DNA of 63,459 bases, the filler included, from Rozella allomycis CSF55 (Eukaryota): NCBI GenBank assembly GCA_000442015.1. It is 6 parts of 6 records of this genome, joined end to end, with 100 filler letters (N's around TTAATTAATTAA, not from the genome) between each part and the next. Parts side by side here need not be neighbours in the genome. Positions count along the whole stretch, not along the records: positions 15,076 to 35,864 come from KE560820.1; positions 35,965 to 53,679 come from KE560829.1; 4 more parts are not named here. One strand, 5' to 3'. Below, piece by piece: positions 24,301-38,023 of the stretch. Under the pieces are notes generated by a model. That model was not told where the DNA came from and made no database searches. It saw nothing but the letters and a program-made list of their open reading frames with translations. Made by a program: the position numbers and the translations under genes. Position 1 is the first letter of the stretch. Each line of letters starts with the position of its first letter.

Positions 24301-26978
24301 GAAGCATCAATTAAAGCTAAACAAGTATTAATTTTCATAAAGATTACAATAGTGGAAAAAGGCGAGTGATGTAGTAAATAACATGACCATTGAAGATGCA
24401 ATTCCATTGCATTTAGAATTGGCAAATAAATACTTTGAATTAAATGATACCGAAAGTGCTAAATGGCATTTCATGCAAAGTGGAGAGATAAAGATTGCAA
24501 TTGAGAAATTTCTTAAATCCAAGAAATGGCAAGACGCTTACGAGCTGGTTTTGAATAACAAAGATGAAAAAGATTTCTTGGATCTTATAGATGAACAAGC
24601 CAAAAAACTAGAATTTTCAAGTCCGAAAGAAGCCGAAGAAATATATTGTGTTATTAATGAGCCAGACAAGGCTATTTTGATGTACAAGAATAAGAAAGAT
24701 TATGTGAATTTGCTGGGATTAGTATCAAAGTATAGAAAGCAGCATTTGAATGAAACTTTGAATTTTATTGCTAAAGAGTTTGAATCAAGTGGTGATTATT
24801 CAACTGCCGAGATGTACTACTTGAAGGCGAATGACTGGAAATCTGCAATATCTATGCATACTTCTAACAATAATTTTGAAGATGCATATAGAGTAAGGAT
24901 ATTAATGGGATGTGAATAGATTGCAAAAGAATTTGGAAATGAATCAGCATTGAAACAAATAGCTTATATTTGGGCAAGATCGCTCGGAGGAGAATCAGGG
25001 GTTAATTTATTGCAAAAGTTGAATAAGTTGGAGCAAGTTATTGATTTCGCTGTGGATAATGGAAACTTTGAATTTGCATTAATTTTAAGCAAATTTTCAA
25101 AGTTTAAAGAAAAGGAAGTTGATGTTATTTATAAGCAAGCGATATTCTTGGAAGATGAAGGAAAGTATGAAGCAGCAGAAGCATTATTTGTGAAAGCTGG
25201 AAAACCAAGAGAGGCTATTTTGATGTACGTTCATAACCAAGATTGGGATTCAGCCTTGCGAGTTGCCGAACAATTTGATGTGTCCAGTTTGCAAGATGTA
25301 CTTTTGGGACTAGCGAAAGAATTATTTGATAAAAAGGAATACAAAAAGGCAGAGTCTTTGATTCTAAGAGCGCATCTTCCAGAAATTGCGATTAAACTTT
25401 ATCGAGAAAACCAAATGTGGCAGCAAGCGATAAAGTTTGCACTTGAGAATTTGCCAGCCAAAGTTCCAGAGTTAAAAGCAGAGTTTGAAGTTCATTCAGC
25501 AAAACTGAATAGCAATCAATTTCAAGTCAGTCAACTGCAAGCAGCGAAACAATTGGAAATTAATCAAAAATATTCTGCTGCAGTTGATTCTTATTTGATG
25601 GTTTTAAATGATAAATATTCGACACCGCAAGATATTGAAACTGCTATTAATTCTGCATTGGATGTTGTTTATAAACATTTACCTGATCAAATTATTGAAA
25701 CAGCTAAATTAGCTTGTGATTATTACATTTCCAAATCCAAATATTTAGAAGCCGGCGATGTTTACGCAGAAGCTGGATTATTTAAAGAAGCAATTGATGC
25801 ATTTATCAATGGCAATCTGTTTGATGAAGCGAGAAATTTGGCTAAAGAATCAGCGACTGAATTTGTTTCTTATGTAGAAAATTGTTATAAAAATTATTTG
25901 AAACAAAATAAAAATGCTAAAGATCTTTCATCGATTGATGTGAACGCGGCAGTTGAGTTATGCGCTAGGAATGGCGATTGGGAAAAATGTTTTGAATTGG
26001 CTAAAAATTCAGTAAGAAATATTAAACATTTTTAAGCAAAGAATTCAGAAACATTTGAGCATTATTTGAAACAGAGAGCCACAGAGTTAATTAGAGATGA
26101 ACAACTTGAAAATGTTTGTGATTTATTCTTGAAACATTCTTGCCCCTTGAAGAAAGATTTTCATGCCATTTATGATCAACTTTGTTTGTTAATTTTTAAA
26201 AATGGAGAAAAAGAATTAAAAAAGAAATTATTTCAAGTTTTATTCAATTTGGTATTTTCGTTAATTTTAGAAATAATAAGATTGGAAATCTTTCGTTTGA
26301 ATTGGCGCCAAAATCTTTACTTAAGTATCTTCTGGTTTTGTATTTAAAAGACAAAGTTGAATCATTTGAATTAAAAGGATTGAAGCCCCTTGTGGCTAAA
26401 ACAAATTTAAGTCTTCTTCGCTACACTGACATTTTGCCTTGCGATGAAGCTTTCCTTGCTGCTGGAAATGCCTGCAAAGTAATACACATTGTTAATCCAT
26501 TAATAGAATTCTGGCAAAACCAACATGGCGTTTGTCTGTTTCAATCGATTCCTTGATATCCAAGACGCCATTGAAGATGGAGCAAACGACATTGCATCTG
26601 GCCAAGACTTTCAATACTCGGACATTCCAAATGTATTCAAATTGCCAAAATTTAGTTCCATCGACGTAAAAACACAATCAACAATTTATTTAGAAAAATT
26701 TAACAGAGGAAATAAGAGATTGGGTGTTGAATACCTCACTTTCTAATGAGCCACTTAGTCCAGATTTAAGAAAATGCCAAAATTGCAGCAGCGACATTCT
26801 TATTTCATCTTTGAAATGCTGCAACTGTGAATTCGTTAATGAAACATGCATCGTCACTGGATACCCTGTCATTGATGCTATTGAATGCGATGCGTGTCAT
26901 AGAAAGGCCAACAAGGATGATTGGAACACTTACACGAAAACTTTTCATGAATGTCCATGGTGCAAGAAAATGATATAA
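21349..26978 (+). CDS. IFT172: Intraflagellar transport protein 172 (IFT-B), about 20 micro-introns
   Basis: MRLKY start, WSPNGKKMAV, GERKDKFGTK, FSPDSSKLAIAQSD, GTEWGDKKSICNKF, HNYKIDWLELS, AMEMYQELHKWD, WARSLGG, KPREAILMYVHNQDW, SLLRYTDILPCD, AFVCFNRFLD and C-terminal CIVTGYPV..ANKDDWN..CPWC. Confidence 0.97.
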
Positions 26979-27075
26979 CTTTAGCATGGATACTGTTAAA
27001 TAAATTCAAATTGTACTGTATTCCAGTGTTTCTGAATATTTTTGATTTTTTGAATAAACCAAGCCACTCTAAAAA

Positions 27076-30000
27076 ATGCAACAAGTGTTTGCAAAGCTTC
27101 GAAATTTAGAGATTTCGAACCAGAAAAAGGTAATATACAACGAAATAGCATTATAGACATCTGCTATTCTTTCAGCGATTGAGCAGGTAACAGTTTAGAT
27201 TAAGGTTGAAAAGACTATAAAGAGCAAAGGTATGGAACCACAGCCAGTTGCATATTTTGCGTCTATTGTAAGAATTTTATAATGTTTTTAAAAGATGGTT
27301 CTTTTGCAGCAGGATGATGCCATGGATGATGCCGAGACTGCTTATGGTGCAGTGTATTTGCTTTCTCTAGTGATTCCAGAGTAAATTCAATTCTAAATTT
27401 TGAAAAGATGTTCTAATGGATTAATAAGATCCAAATGCAAAGAATTGTGGCAGTTGTTTGTAAAGTTAATGGACCAACATAACCATCACACTGCACTGAT
27501 TAAGACTGTAAAAACGTTGTTACAATTTAAAAGATTATGACAAGTGTTGAGAGTATTTTAAGAGTGCAGGAAAGCAACGCCTGGGGCAAGAACAGTGTTG
27601 CAAGCGAGATGTTTTTGAAGATGGTGTCGATGTGTATGGAAACGAGGCCAAAGTTGCGCAAAAAGGCTGTCGAGGTTGTTGAGCATGTGATCAAGAATCC
27701 AGCGCCGCCTTTGACTGTGCATCCTGTTCTGCCGTATTTCTATTCGTTTGTTGAAAAGATATTTTGCGGGATCAACAAGGCGAATGTAGAACAAACATTG
27801 CATAATCTGTGCTGGATTGGCGTGTGTGTGGGAGTGTTTGGGGAGCGCGAGATGATGGGGTTGTTGGATATGGCGTTTAAGTTTAATGGGCAGGTGAACC
27901 ATGCGTCGTTTTCGCTGTTGCTGTATCAGAATGTTTTGGGTGTTTTTGAAAAAAGTTTTTATGGGGAGGAATTTGAGTGTAAGATGTTGCAGAGGATGCT
28001 TGAATGCAGACCGAATGTGAGTGATAGCGTTGTAGTGCCGTTTTGGTTGAAGACTGTGCAGTCGTTTGCAGAGAATTGCGGTTGTTTTGATAAAGCGTTT
28101 GTGCCAATGTTTGAATCCTTGTTGAATTATTTTGAAACTGATGAGATTGAAACTGTTAAGCAGAGTGGAGAGATTGTGTGTTTGATGATTAGAAGAATGA
28201 ATAATGAGCAGTTTGATAAGATTAGAGATTTTATTCTTGGAAATATTCAAAGTCTTTTTACTTGGAAGTATCAAAGTGCGCATGAAGTGTTTCTGTTTAT
28301 TGTTGATGAATGTACTAGAAAGATTAATAGAGAGGAATCGCATTGTCTTGTTAGTTTGTTGGAATTGTTTATTCAGTTGCATGATGATAATGGATTTAGT
28401 TTTAAAAAGACATTGGAAGATACATTGAAGAGTTTTGTCAAGTGCATGGGGATTGAATTGTTTGTTCGTGTTGCTCCATTGAATTTGAAGCCTGGAGAGT
28501 CACAACCGAGAGCCTGGTTGTTGTCAATCTTTAAAGATAATTTAGCAAATGAAAGGTTGATGTATTTTAATGATAATCTTTTACCGTTGGCTGATGATTT
28601 GAATAAATTTTCGATAGAATTGAAGAAACAAGGGAAAGAAATGGATTCGAAAGTGTATAAAACAGTTTCAATTCAAGTTTGGTCATTGTTTGAATCATTT
28701 TGTAATGAATGTTGCGATATTAGTGAATCTTTTCCAGTGATTGCTAAAACGTTGGGAAAAGAGTTGAATGAACAAATTTATTTGAGGGATTTTATTTATA
28801 ATGGATTGATTTGTTTGTTGAAGCAAGAGAAATGTAAAATTGAATTGAAGAAATTTTCTAAAAACTTTTTACCCTTGTTGTTTAATATTGCAATGACAGA
28901 AAATAATCAAACTTTGTTGGAATGTATTAAACATTATTTATCTATTTGTGAGAATGAATTAATTAATCAATATTTGAAGATTATGGTTAAGAAAGTTGTT
29001 TCAGTTGAGAATGAGAAGGAACAGGGGATGATTATGGATTTGATATTAACGATTGTTCCATTTTGTGATCAAGAAGGATCAACAATTTTATACAAAGTAG
29101 CAATGAATTTTATAAACAAGAATGAATCATTTGATTTAATAAAGAAAAAGAGTTATAGAATATTGATTGGATTGATTGGTAAAATTCCTGAAAGCAACAA
29201 GGATGATTTAATATTTAAAATATTGAAATCAGATAATGTTTCATCTGGAGCGAAAAAGTTTAGAATGAATCTATTTTTAGAAATGGCGCAGAATTTGATG
29301 AAAGAAGAAGATTTAAAACATTTTCCAACAATTCTAACTGAATGCATGTTGGGTGTTAAAGAAGTTAATGAAAAAACAAGACAAATTTCATTTCAAGTCA
29401 TTGTTGCAATGGGAAATCTAATTAAAGAAAACAAATGGATTCCAATGAGTGAATTCATTAAAATGATCTTGGCTGGTCTTGGTGGTGAAACTCCTTTTAT
29501 GATTAGCGCTTCTATTTTATCTCTTTCTAGAGTTTTTTATGAATTTCATGGTAATCTATTTCTGAAATTTCTTAAATAGATCTAGTAGAAATTGAAATTG
29601 TTAAAAATACTTTAGAAATGATCTTTTGTCTTGGTGGTGCAAAAAATAAAGAAATTAATAGATCTCTTCTTTCTTTCATCAAAGTTTGCATTGTTTCTTT
29701 TCCAAAAGATTTAATTGAAGAAAATTTAAAACCAATTTTGGAAATTTTAGAAAATTTATTAAAAGATCAAAAATTAAAAGTTAAACATTTATTTGAAAGA
29801 CTTTTAAGATATTTCTCTTTTGAAAAATTAATAGAAAATCTTTCTGAAGAAGCTCAAAAAGTTTTAATTAACGTCAAGAAAGCCAAAGAAAGAAGAAGAA
29901 AGAATTCTTCCAAACAAAAAGATGAAATTGAAAATGAAATTGAAGATTCAGATCAAGATTTACCTGAAATGTTAAACAAAATGAATGTTAAAAATTCAAA

Positions 30001-30526
30001 CTTTGATTCTTTAACTTTTGAAGAAGATGAAGAAGATCCTCTAGATTTCTTAAATGATAGAATAATCTCAAAATCAAGTAAATTTATTTAATTTCTAAAA
30101 ATAGAATCGGTGCCATCCAAGAAAAAGATTCAAGAAAATCTTGAAACAGATCCAAATGGAAAATTAATCTTTGAAAGTGAAAACGAAAGCGACAATGAAG
30201 GCTTGGAAAATTTATTCTTAAAATCAAAAACTGGCGAATCTTTCACTAAAAATGCTTCTGGAAAAATTAAATTCAACAAGAAGAGATCAATGGATTCTGA
30301 TGATGAAGATGAAAAGTCTTTGAAAAAGCCAAAGAGTAATGAAAGAAGTGAAACTGCTTCTAAATACAAAGCTTCTAGAGCTGATGGAGACGTTAAACGC
30401 AAAAATGATAAATTTGAACCTTACGCTTACATTCCTTTAAATCAAAAGGCTGCGGGGAAAAGAAACGCTACAAAACATCAATCAAAACTTTCTTCTATTG
30501 TCAAGAAGAATTCAAAGAGAAAATAA
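27076..30526 (+). CDS. RRP12: Ribosome biogenesis HEAT-repeat protein Rrp12 (NUC173)
   Basis: RPKLRKKA, RAWLLSIFKD, QVWSLF..FC, FSKNFLPLLFN, KKKSYRIL, KEVNEKTR, AGLGGETPFMISA and C-terminal ADGDVKRKNDKFEPYAYIPL. Short 5' exons start at ATG 27076. Confidence 0.92.
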
Positions 30527-30615
30527 ATTCTATTTACTTGCATTAACTGATACTATTTAAATTGCAAGTTGAATTAAAAGAAAACATTCAAAATGGTTTA
30601 TTTATTTCTATGTGT

Positions 30616-33600
30616 TTATCCAAAGAATTTATCATATAACTTTAGAAAGATACCAAACACTTTATTCTCCTCTTCGTTTCTTTCCTGATAAATGGATTTT
30701 CTGGATGTCCAAATCGCAATGATCAAACATTTAATAGGCGTGCTCAGAAATATTCCCTCGGCAATAGAGATAAAGTATGCAGAGACCCAGCTGGTGCCTT
30801 GTCCTGATCCAACAACGTACTTGAGACCGCTTATCAGAGTCACATAGGTCATTAGCAAACCGCCAAAGATAACTAGAAACCAAGTAAAATATCGAACCCA
30901 GAATGGCAGGATGGGAATCGTGTAGCTTCTGAACTCTGTTGTTAGCTGTGTTTTTTGAGCTTCTTCTTCAATCTTTTTCGCTTCAGTAATTGACTGCCAG
31001 CACATTTTCAGTTTTTGCCATTTCGTTGGCTCGATTTTGTTTACGGAAAGTTTCGATCCTAGAATGTTGACTGATGATTTCCATAAATGAGCAAAACTTG
31101 GGTATGGAAAACTTCTGCTGAACAGAAACGTTACTATTGTTGTGCCAGGCATTGTAAGTAAACCTTGATTTAATTGAAGAATTTTATTTTACTTGTTATG
31201 TAACCAACGTATAGATTTTGCCAGAAAGATCTACTTACACCATCATCAGGAGCAAAAAACAGTGCTCCAGTCATCTTAAATAATATATTACAACTTTTAT
31301 TACCATTGAGCTAATTAAACCAAGAAAGCAAACGGAAACTCTTTCGGTTCTTGTAAACAAACTACCCCTTGGAAAGGCAAAGATGGAAGCCCATAAATGC
31401 TTTGATAAACACTTCAATATTATCTTACCTCATTTTGAAGTGTAAATGTGAAAACACCTGGAAGTCTTTCTTTTAATTTCAAATCTGTATCTGTAGTCTT
31501 TTCAGACACTAACCATTAACTAAAACCATCATACTTACGTTCAAATTCATCTTCTTTCTGATGGTCAATCCATTTGTCACATTTAAACTTGTAAACATCT
31601 CCTGTAGTGCAATTCATTATTTCAATGTACTCAACAAACCAATCAGCGTGAAAACCAGAATTGTCGTGTCTCAAGCCAATTCTACTAATATCTCCAATAT
31701 CAATATAATTCAAACTAAAAGAATCGATTTGATTTCTTTCAAATTCATTTCTAAACAAGGACCCTTTCAAATAATGTTTATCAACTTTTCCTTTCTCACC
31801 CTGAAATGAAATGTAAACTTTGGCATCTGTTCCAGCCTTTTTAACATCACCAGTCTTTATTCTAATCAAATAAATGGTAGTAAACAATGCTTTGGTTTTA
31901 CTTGCTCTTGTTTTAGCTGCATCAGCTTTATCTGCTCTATATGCCCAAAACGAGAGTAAAATGTAAACTAAATATGTCGCGCCGAAAACGTAGCCCAAAA
32001 GTGGATCTGTTTGCAGATTTAATAATTGTTCTGCATCTTTAATAAAATCAATCTGGTTAATTGGAACATAAAAGTCTAGTGGATTTCCAATATCAATTCC
32101 AAAGTATGTCAAATGAGAACAACAACAAACAGTCGTATTGTCAGTTGACAACAAGGGCATAAATTTACATCCATCACTTGACCATTTCTGAAGCCCTTCA
32201 TTATAATATCTACATGTTCTCAAATCTATTTATTCAAATCTGTTTCTATTTACCTATTGTTGTCGTTCCATTATTAAACGTTGTATTACGGCCTTTAGGA
32301 TTAGTAAACGGAAGCGTTATTAAAATGCAAGTGTTTCCTGTAGTGTCATTAACAGCGATTTCGTTTCCACCAGGCTGGCTAAGAGAAAAGGACAAGACAG
32401 TCCCAGACATACTTTATTATCAACTTTAATTTTATTTACTTTGCTGAACTTGGTGAATATGAAAATGGATTTGTTGTCATCACAATCAATTTCGCTTCAA
32501 ACTCTACATTAGATCCTCCTCCAGTTATAAGGCTAGTATCCAGGTTCCCAATCCCTCCTGTTCCAGAACTAGTAAAATTTCCATTAAAAGTCGTTTCATC
32601 ATCTATATTCATATCAAATTATTATCATTACGAACTTGTGCTGCTATAGTAATCGACGATGAAACAACCTGAATTTTATCACCACCAACAACTTGATTAA
32701 CCAACAATCCACTCGCAATATTTCCAACCGAATTCACAATCGAACTCAAAGTCGCTGAATTAGAAGCACTTGAACTGTCGCTCTGTGAATTATTAGACGT
32801 CGCTGCCCCCAAAATATTATCAAACGCATTCAAAAATGTCGCTCCAGTCGATGGCTCCACTCCATTGGACTTTACATTATCACTCAAAGACTTTAAAAAT
32901 GATGCTGCACTCGCTTGTGCTTCTGGACTGATTTGATCAGAACTTGACGTGACTTCTTTAATCAAGGAAACTGACTGCTGAACTGCTGCACTGGAAGCAA
33001 CACTCGCGTCATTTGAAGCAACAATTAAATCTATAATCTGTCCACGCAAAGCACCCGTATCGGAATTCTGTGATGGCGATGCAGTATTCAAAATTGATGT
33101 TAAAACTGACGCAGTTTGCATAACTTGATCAGACTTTCCTTGTTTCGCTAATGAAGCTAAATCAGAGTTTATTAAAGTTGACGCTGCTGCAAGAGCTGCC
33201 GCTGAATCAGCTTCTGCAAATGATTTAACAGTCGCATTTAATGTAACACTAGAAAAGGCACCCAATGAATCATAAATATAAACACTTAAAAATATCGTAA
33301 AATTATTTTGACTGTTTCCAGCTGAAAGTAGCGCAGATAGTGACGAATTAGTAGTTGGTGATTGAATCAATGGGACAAACGGGTCAGTAGCACTCTTCTT
33401 TGATAAAAACAGATACGATAATGGTGAATCAGAATCATACCATCCATTGCAAGAAATAGTGTAAGTTGTATTTAAATCAAATCCGGTTTGTGGATCAACT
33501 TGACAAGAACCTAATGTTGGCGGTCCATTCACAGAAAATGTAATTTCAGAAAACCCTTGTTCATTAGACGCTCCAACAACATCCAACCTCAATTTATACG

Positions 33601-35864
33601 TACTATATGGCGCCAAAGTATTTGGATTAATAGCTAAATTTCTCTTATTGTTTCCGGTAGGTGATATCAACAGATCTGTTAAATTCAAAGTAGCATTTGA
33701 ACTCACCAACGACATGGACCAAGTGTAAGTGAAGGTAGTAGCATATGGCAACGATGCAGATCCCATAAACGTATTCATTAAAGAAGGATTAAGTTTAGCA
33801 ACATCAGGAGCTTTTATAGACACGTCAGGTACACTTCCAGATTGAATTTGTAGAATAAGAGATGTTGAACCAGTTCTTTGAGATGGATTCTTGAGAGCAG
33901 AAAACGATATTAAATAATTTCCAGGAGAATACACATTGGCTGGAAATTGTAAGTAAGGAGTATTGGTTGATGAGTTAAACAGACTTGGGCAAACGGCTGT
34001 ATCTGTTAAATTCAAACAAGACCACGTAAAAACAAACGGTACATTATCTTGACTTGTTGAATTGGTATTTTTAGATATGCAACTGGTACATGTAGCACAT
34101 GATTGACAATCAAAACAAACAAGAGAACAAGGGTCATCTGGATCAAGAGTGGATGATCTTGCATCGATAGTCATAGGAACAGCAGAAGAAGCCAATCTTG
34201 AATTTCCATCTCTCAATCTAACAATGATTGGCGATGCATTTAATGTAACAGTAACATTTGCACTTCCATTAATTGTTCCATCAGGATGATTCATGACAAG
34301 AGTTGAAGTAAAAGTTATCAATCCAACATTCAACGTTCTTAAAGTTGATCTTGATATTTTTATAAACTGACCATTGAATGTTAGAGAATTTGTATTTGAC
34401 TGAGTTGGGCCAGAAATATTCCATGTATAATTAAATGATGTTGCTGTTGGACAATATAATCTCAAATCTGAAACAATTGATGCTGAAAGTGATATATCTT
34501 GAGATCTTGTAAATGTACTCTCTCCCGTCACAACGTTCGCTGTTAACACTGGTGACCTGCATATACCTTTTAATTAATCCATTAATAATGATTTACCATT
34601 GATAAATGAACCAGATAATCCACGATAAAATGTACCTCTAGCAGAATATGATAATCCAGTCGCTATCTTTATATCATCAATCACAGCAACCATAAACTGA
34701 GAATTATCAAATGTGAAAACATTTGATGAAGCAGCTAAAATTGTCAAAGTAAAATTAGTTCCATCATTAGACCAATAACCCTGGTAATCTGATCCCAATT
34801 GCGTTGAAAATGAAAACAATGAATCCACCAGAGTTTTCGAATAAAGAGCACCGCCAGATGTTATTCCAACGTCAGTTGGAGCTGAGAATTGAATAGTTAA
34901 AGTATCACCAACACCGACAACGAAATCTCTGTTAGGATTGGATGCAGTTAGAGAAACAATCAATGGACTTTGTGACACTAAATTTATCAGAATAAAATTA
35001 ATTACGTGCTCCATTAACTTTAGGCCTTGGCAGAGAAATGAAACCAACGCTAGAGTCAATCCAAGCGCATCTAAATGAAGTTGTTGAAATTGCTTGCGTT
35101 AAAAAATCATCCACAGTTATTTGAAGCCAAGTAGAATTAACCCAAACTCCATTGTACGAACTTCCCAATATCTGATTGCAGCTCAATTTATCATCAATTC
35201 CTGCCTTATTCAAATTGCTTCCATCAGAAACACTATCAGAAAATACAATGTCTATCGTTTGAATCTTCAAGTCAGTGTTAGGAGTTAATGAAAATGATAA
35301 AACATAAGCTTGCGAATTCGCATAATATGAAAAATTAGTAGAATGTTCAAATAATCTTTGTATTCCACTCACATTTTGAAATAGCTGCACAGAGACATTT
35401 GGATTGACTAATTGAATATTATTTTGAGATACAACTGGCGACGAAATAGGAATCCACAATCTCTGAAATCTCGTAAAATAGATTCCTGAATAATCTCTTC
35501 CAATTAAGAAGTTCTTGAATTTAAATATATTGTCTATTTGATCTTTTGATAAGATTTGAAGATCAACTAAATTGCTATTATTTTCAAATTGAACTAGAAA
35601 TCCACTAACTTTGTCCATTGTCTTGTTTAATGTTGGAACTTTGGTGCTCAAGTCAGATAAAGCTGAAATTTCAACAATTCTAGTAAAGCTTAATGAATCA
35701 AGAATGGTAAAGTTTCCTATTAATGTCGGATTTGAACATAAACGGAAGTTTGAATTTGTATACGTTGGATTGAATGCAACTGAAAATGTTGTTGTGGAAT
35801 TGAAATAGAAACTAACTTTTGAATTGAATATAAATGCAAAATAATCAACATTATCATTTGTAGT
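30616..35864 (-). CDS. Polycystin-1-like protein (REJ - GPS - TM - PLAT/LH2 - several TMs); 5' end lost in the gap
   Basis: REJ-like DARSSTLDPD, FTWSC, NGPPTLGSCQVDPQTG..ISCNGWYDSDSPLSY. GPS CRYYNEGLQKWSSDGC..CCCSHLTYFG. PLAT YLIRIKTGDVKKAGTDAKV..FERNQIDSF..RHDNSG..W. Then EHLWASIF..FTRTERVSVC and further TMs. Confidence 0.88.
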
Positions 35865-35964
35865 NNNNNNNNNNNNNNNNNNNNNNNNNNNNNNNNNNNN
35901 NNNNNNNNTTAATTAATTAANNNNNNNNNNNNNNNNNNNNNNNNNNNNNNNNNNNNNNNNNNNN

Positions 35965-36921
35965 TCGTCCAAACCAAAGTTCGTGGACGAAATTTTACGC
36001 AAAAGCCCAAGATGGTGACTTTTTAGAGACTCTAAGTTTTCCCAAAGATACCTTCGAGTACATTTATTCATTTTTTGAAGATTGCTATGAGATGAAGACT
36101 GGTTTTGGGCAGCTGGGAAGACCCAGTCGCCTAACAAATAAACGAGCAGTCCTGGGTCTACTACTGTCTTTCTATAATGGAACATGCGGCAAAAACGCCT
36201 TTGTGTCCTTTTTGGAGTACCAATGTCGACTCTATCCAAAATCTTGTAGAAAGCAGAGATGGCCTTAAGAAAAGCGATTAACATGATTCCAGAAGCTGCA
36301 ATTAGATGGCCGACGTTACAGGAACAATACCTATGGGCTTCCAAAGTTACCGCGAAAGAACCTTTAGTCGGAAACAAATGGGGATTTGTAGACGGGAAGA
36401 ATTTTAGAGTTGAAAAGCCTGCCGACGCAAATACTCAAAACGCCATGTATAATGGCTGGCTTCATCAAACATTAGTTACAGGTACAATTTGTTTTGGCGC
36501 AGACGGAACTATTGTTTGGGCAAAACATAATTGCCCGGGCTCATGGAACGATGGCGACACCAGTCGTGCCCTCCAAAACAAACTTTCTGATCCACGTTTT
36601 TCTCCGGATCCCAACATGGGTATACTAAGTGATTCGGCGTTTCCAGTGCTGGGCGCCGTAAAAGGAAAAATTGTGACCCCATTGAAAGATGGCGATCTGG
36701 GTAGAATCCACCCATCGTGTAGATCAGCAGCCACCGCCATGTCTAATGCTATCACCTCTTTACGTCAAGCCGCGGAATGGGGAATGGGTGCTATCGAAAA
36801 GCCGTTTGAGAGATTGTTAATGAAATTACCTAGCAATAAGTTTAGAAGATCAATAAGACTGTCAAACATCTTTCGGCTTTATAACATTAGAGTTCGTCGC
36901 ACGGGAATAAGTCAAATATGA
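35965..36921 (+). pseudogene. Harbinger DDE transposase (DDE_Tnp_4), disrupted 5' part
   Basis: WGFVDG, YNGW, PGSWND, LSDSAF and RQAAEWGMG. The upstream HTH-like LCVLFGVPMSTLS is followed by an in-frame TAG at 36247. Confidence 0.88.
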
Positions 36922-36940
36922 AATGTCTTTTTTAAATAAT

Positions 36941-38023
36941 TTAATCTTTATTGTTCATTAGTTTCAACATCATCATAAATCGTTTATCGACATCTTCTCT
37001 TTCTTGTCGTCTTACTAAATCTCGTTCTTCCCTTTCTTCCTTACGAATTCTTTCAGCTTCTTGCTTTTCCTCCTTTCTCACTTTCTTTAAATATTCCATT
37101 TCCATTCGTCTTTGTTCCCGGGATTTTCTTTCCAACAAAAAAAAATTCATAAAATCCGATGAAGTTTCAAAATTTTCCTTTTCATGAGAGGTTTGATGTT
37201 GTTTCTCCAATCGCTTTTGTGCCGTGTGAGATAAAACATTATTATGTGGTACCTTTATCTTTCTCAAATCATCAATACCAAGTCTGAGATGAGAATACGG
37301 AAGATTTAATTTTGTTGAAATTTTCTTTACTCGCTTTGCACTGGGAGTTGAAAGTATAGAATTTGTTTCCGTGTCCAATTCAGGTTGCGTTGAAAGAGTG
37401 TTATCATCTTCAAATTGCGTGAAATCAAAAGATGGATCTTCAAATTCGTCTTTATTGTTATCGCCTAAAAGTTCGTCAAACGGCATTATCATATCCCCGG
37501 ATATGACAAAATTGGTAATAGCATTTGCCGCCGCTTTCTCCCATGGTTCTTCCAGTCGATCATCGTCCTCTTCAGCTACAGCATTGGTTGTTTCAATCAA
37601 CCGTTGAATTTGTTTAGCTTCTCGGACATGTGGAGGACAATCAGGATCCCCNAAATTGGTTACAGCATTTGCTGCCGCTTTATCCCTTGGTTCCTCCAAC
37701 CGATCATCGTCCTCTTCGGCTACAGCATTGGTTGTTTCAATCAATCGTTGAATTTGTTTAGCTTCTCGGACATGTGGAGGACAATCAGGATCCCCTACTT
37801 TATTTGCTTTTAATTCTTTACCTGTAGGTTTTGGAGTGTTTCTTAAACTATTAAACTTTCGTTTAATAGCATCCAACTCCCTATCAGCAAAACCAGACGG
37901 TCTGCGCAAATTGTACTTCACCGTGACCTCTTCCCATTGAAAGCCACCAGCAGGTAATATTTCTTTCACAATATCTAGCATTCTTTTGGTTTCACAATCT
38001 TTCCAACCTTTTCCTCTTGTCAT
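36941..38023 (-). CDS. Harbinger ORF2, Myb/SANT-like DNA-binding protein with acidic middle and coiled-coil tail
   Basis: MTRGKGWKDCETKRMLDIVKEILPAGGFQWEEV..RELDAIKRKF..KPTG|DPDCP, with an in-frame 27-nt intron. A segment is duplicated at the n join (37652). Confidence 0.75.
   Translation of the reverse strand: MTRGKGWKDCETKRMLDIVKEILPAGGFQWEEVTVKYNLRRPSGFADRELDAIKRKFNSLRNTPKPTGKELKANKVGDPDCPPHVREAKQIQRLIETTNAVAEEDDDRLEEPRDKAAANAVTNXGDPDCPPHVREAKQIQRLIETTNAVAEEDDDRLEEPWEKAAANAITNFVISGDMIMPFDELLGDNNKDEFEDPSFDFTQFEDDNTLSTQPELDTETNSILSTPSAKRVKKISTKLNLPYSHLRLGIDDLRKIKVPHNNVLSHTAQKRLEKQHQTSHEKENFETSSDFMNFFLLERKSREQRRMEMEYLKKVRKEEKQEAERIRKEEREERDLVRRQEREDVDKRFMMMLKLMNNKD

Noticed and set aside
27558-28382. 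274-aa antisense ORF within RRP12 (likewise 14100-14603 within the kinase)
   Set aside because: Shadow frames of real genes with biased codon usage; no recognisable motifs.
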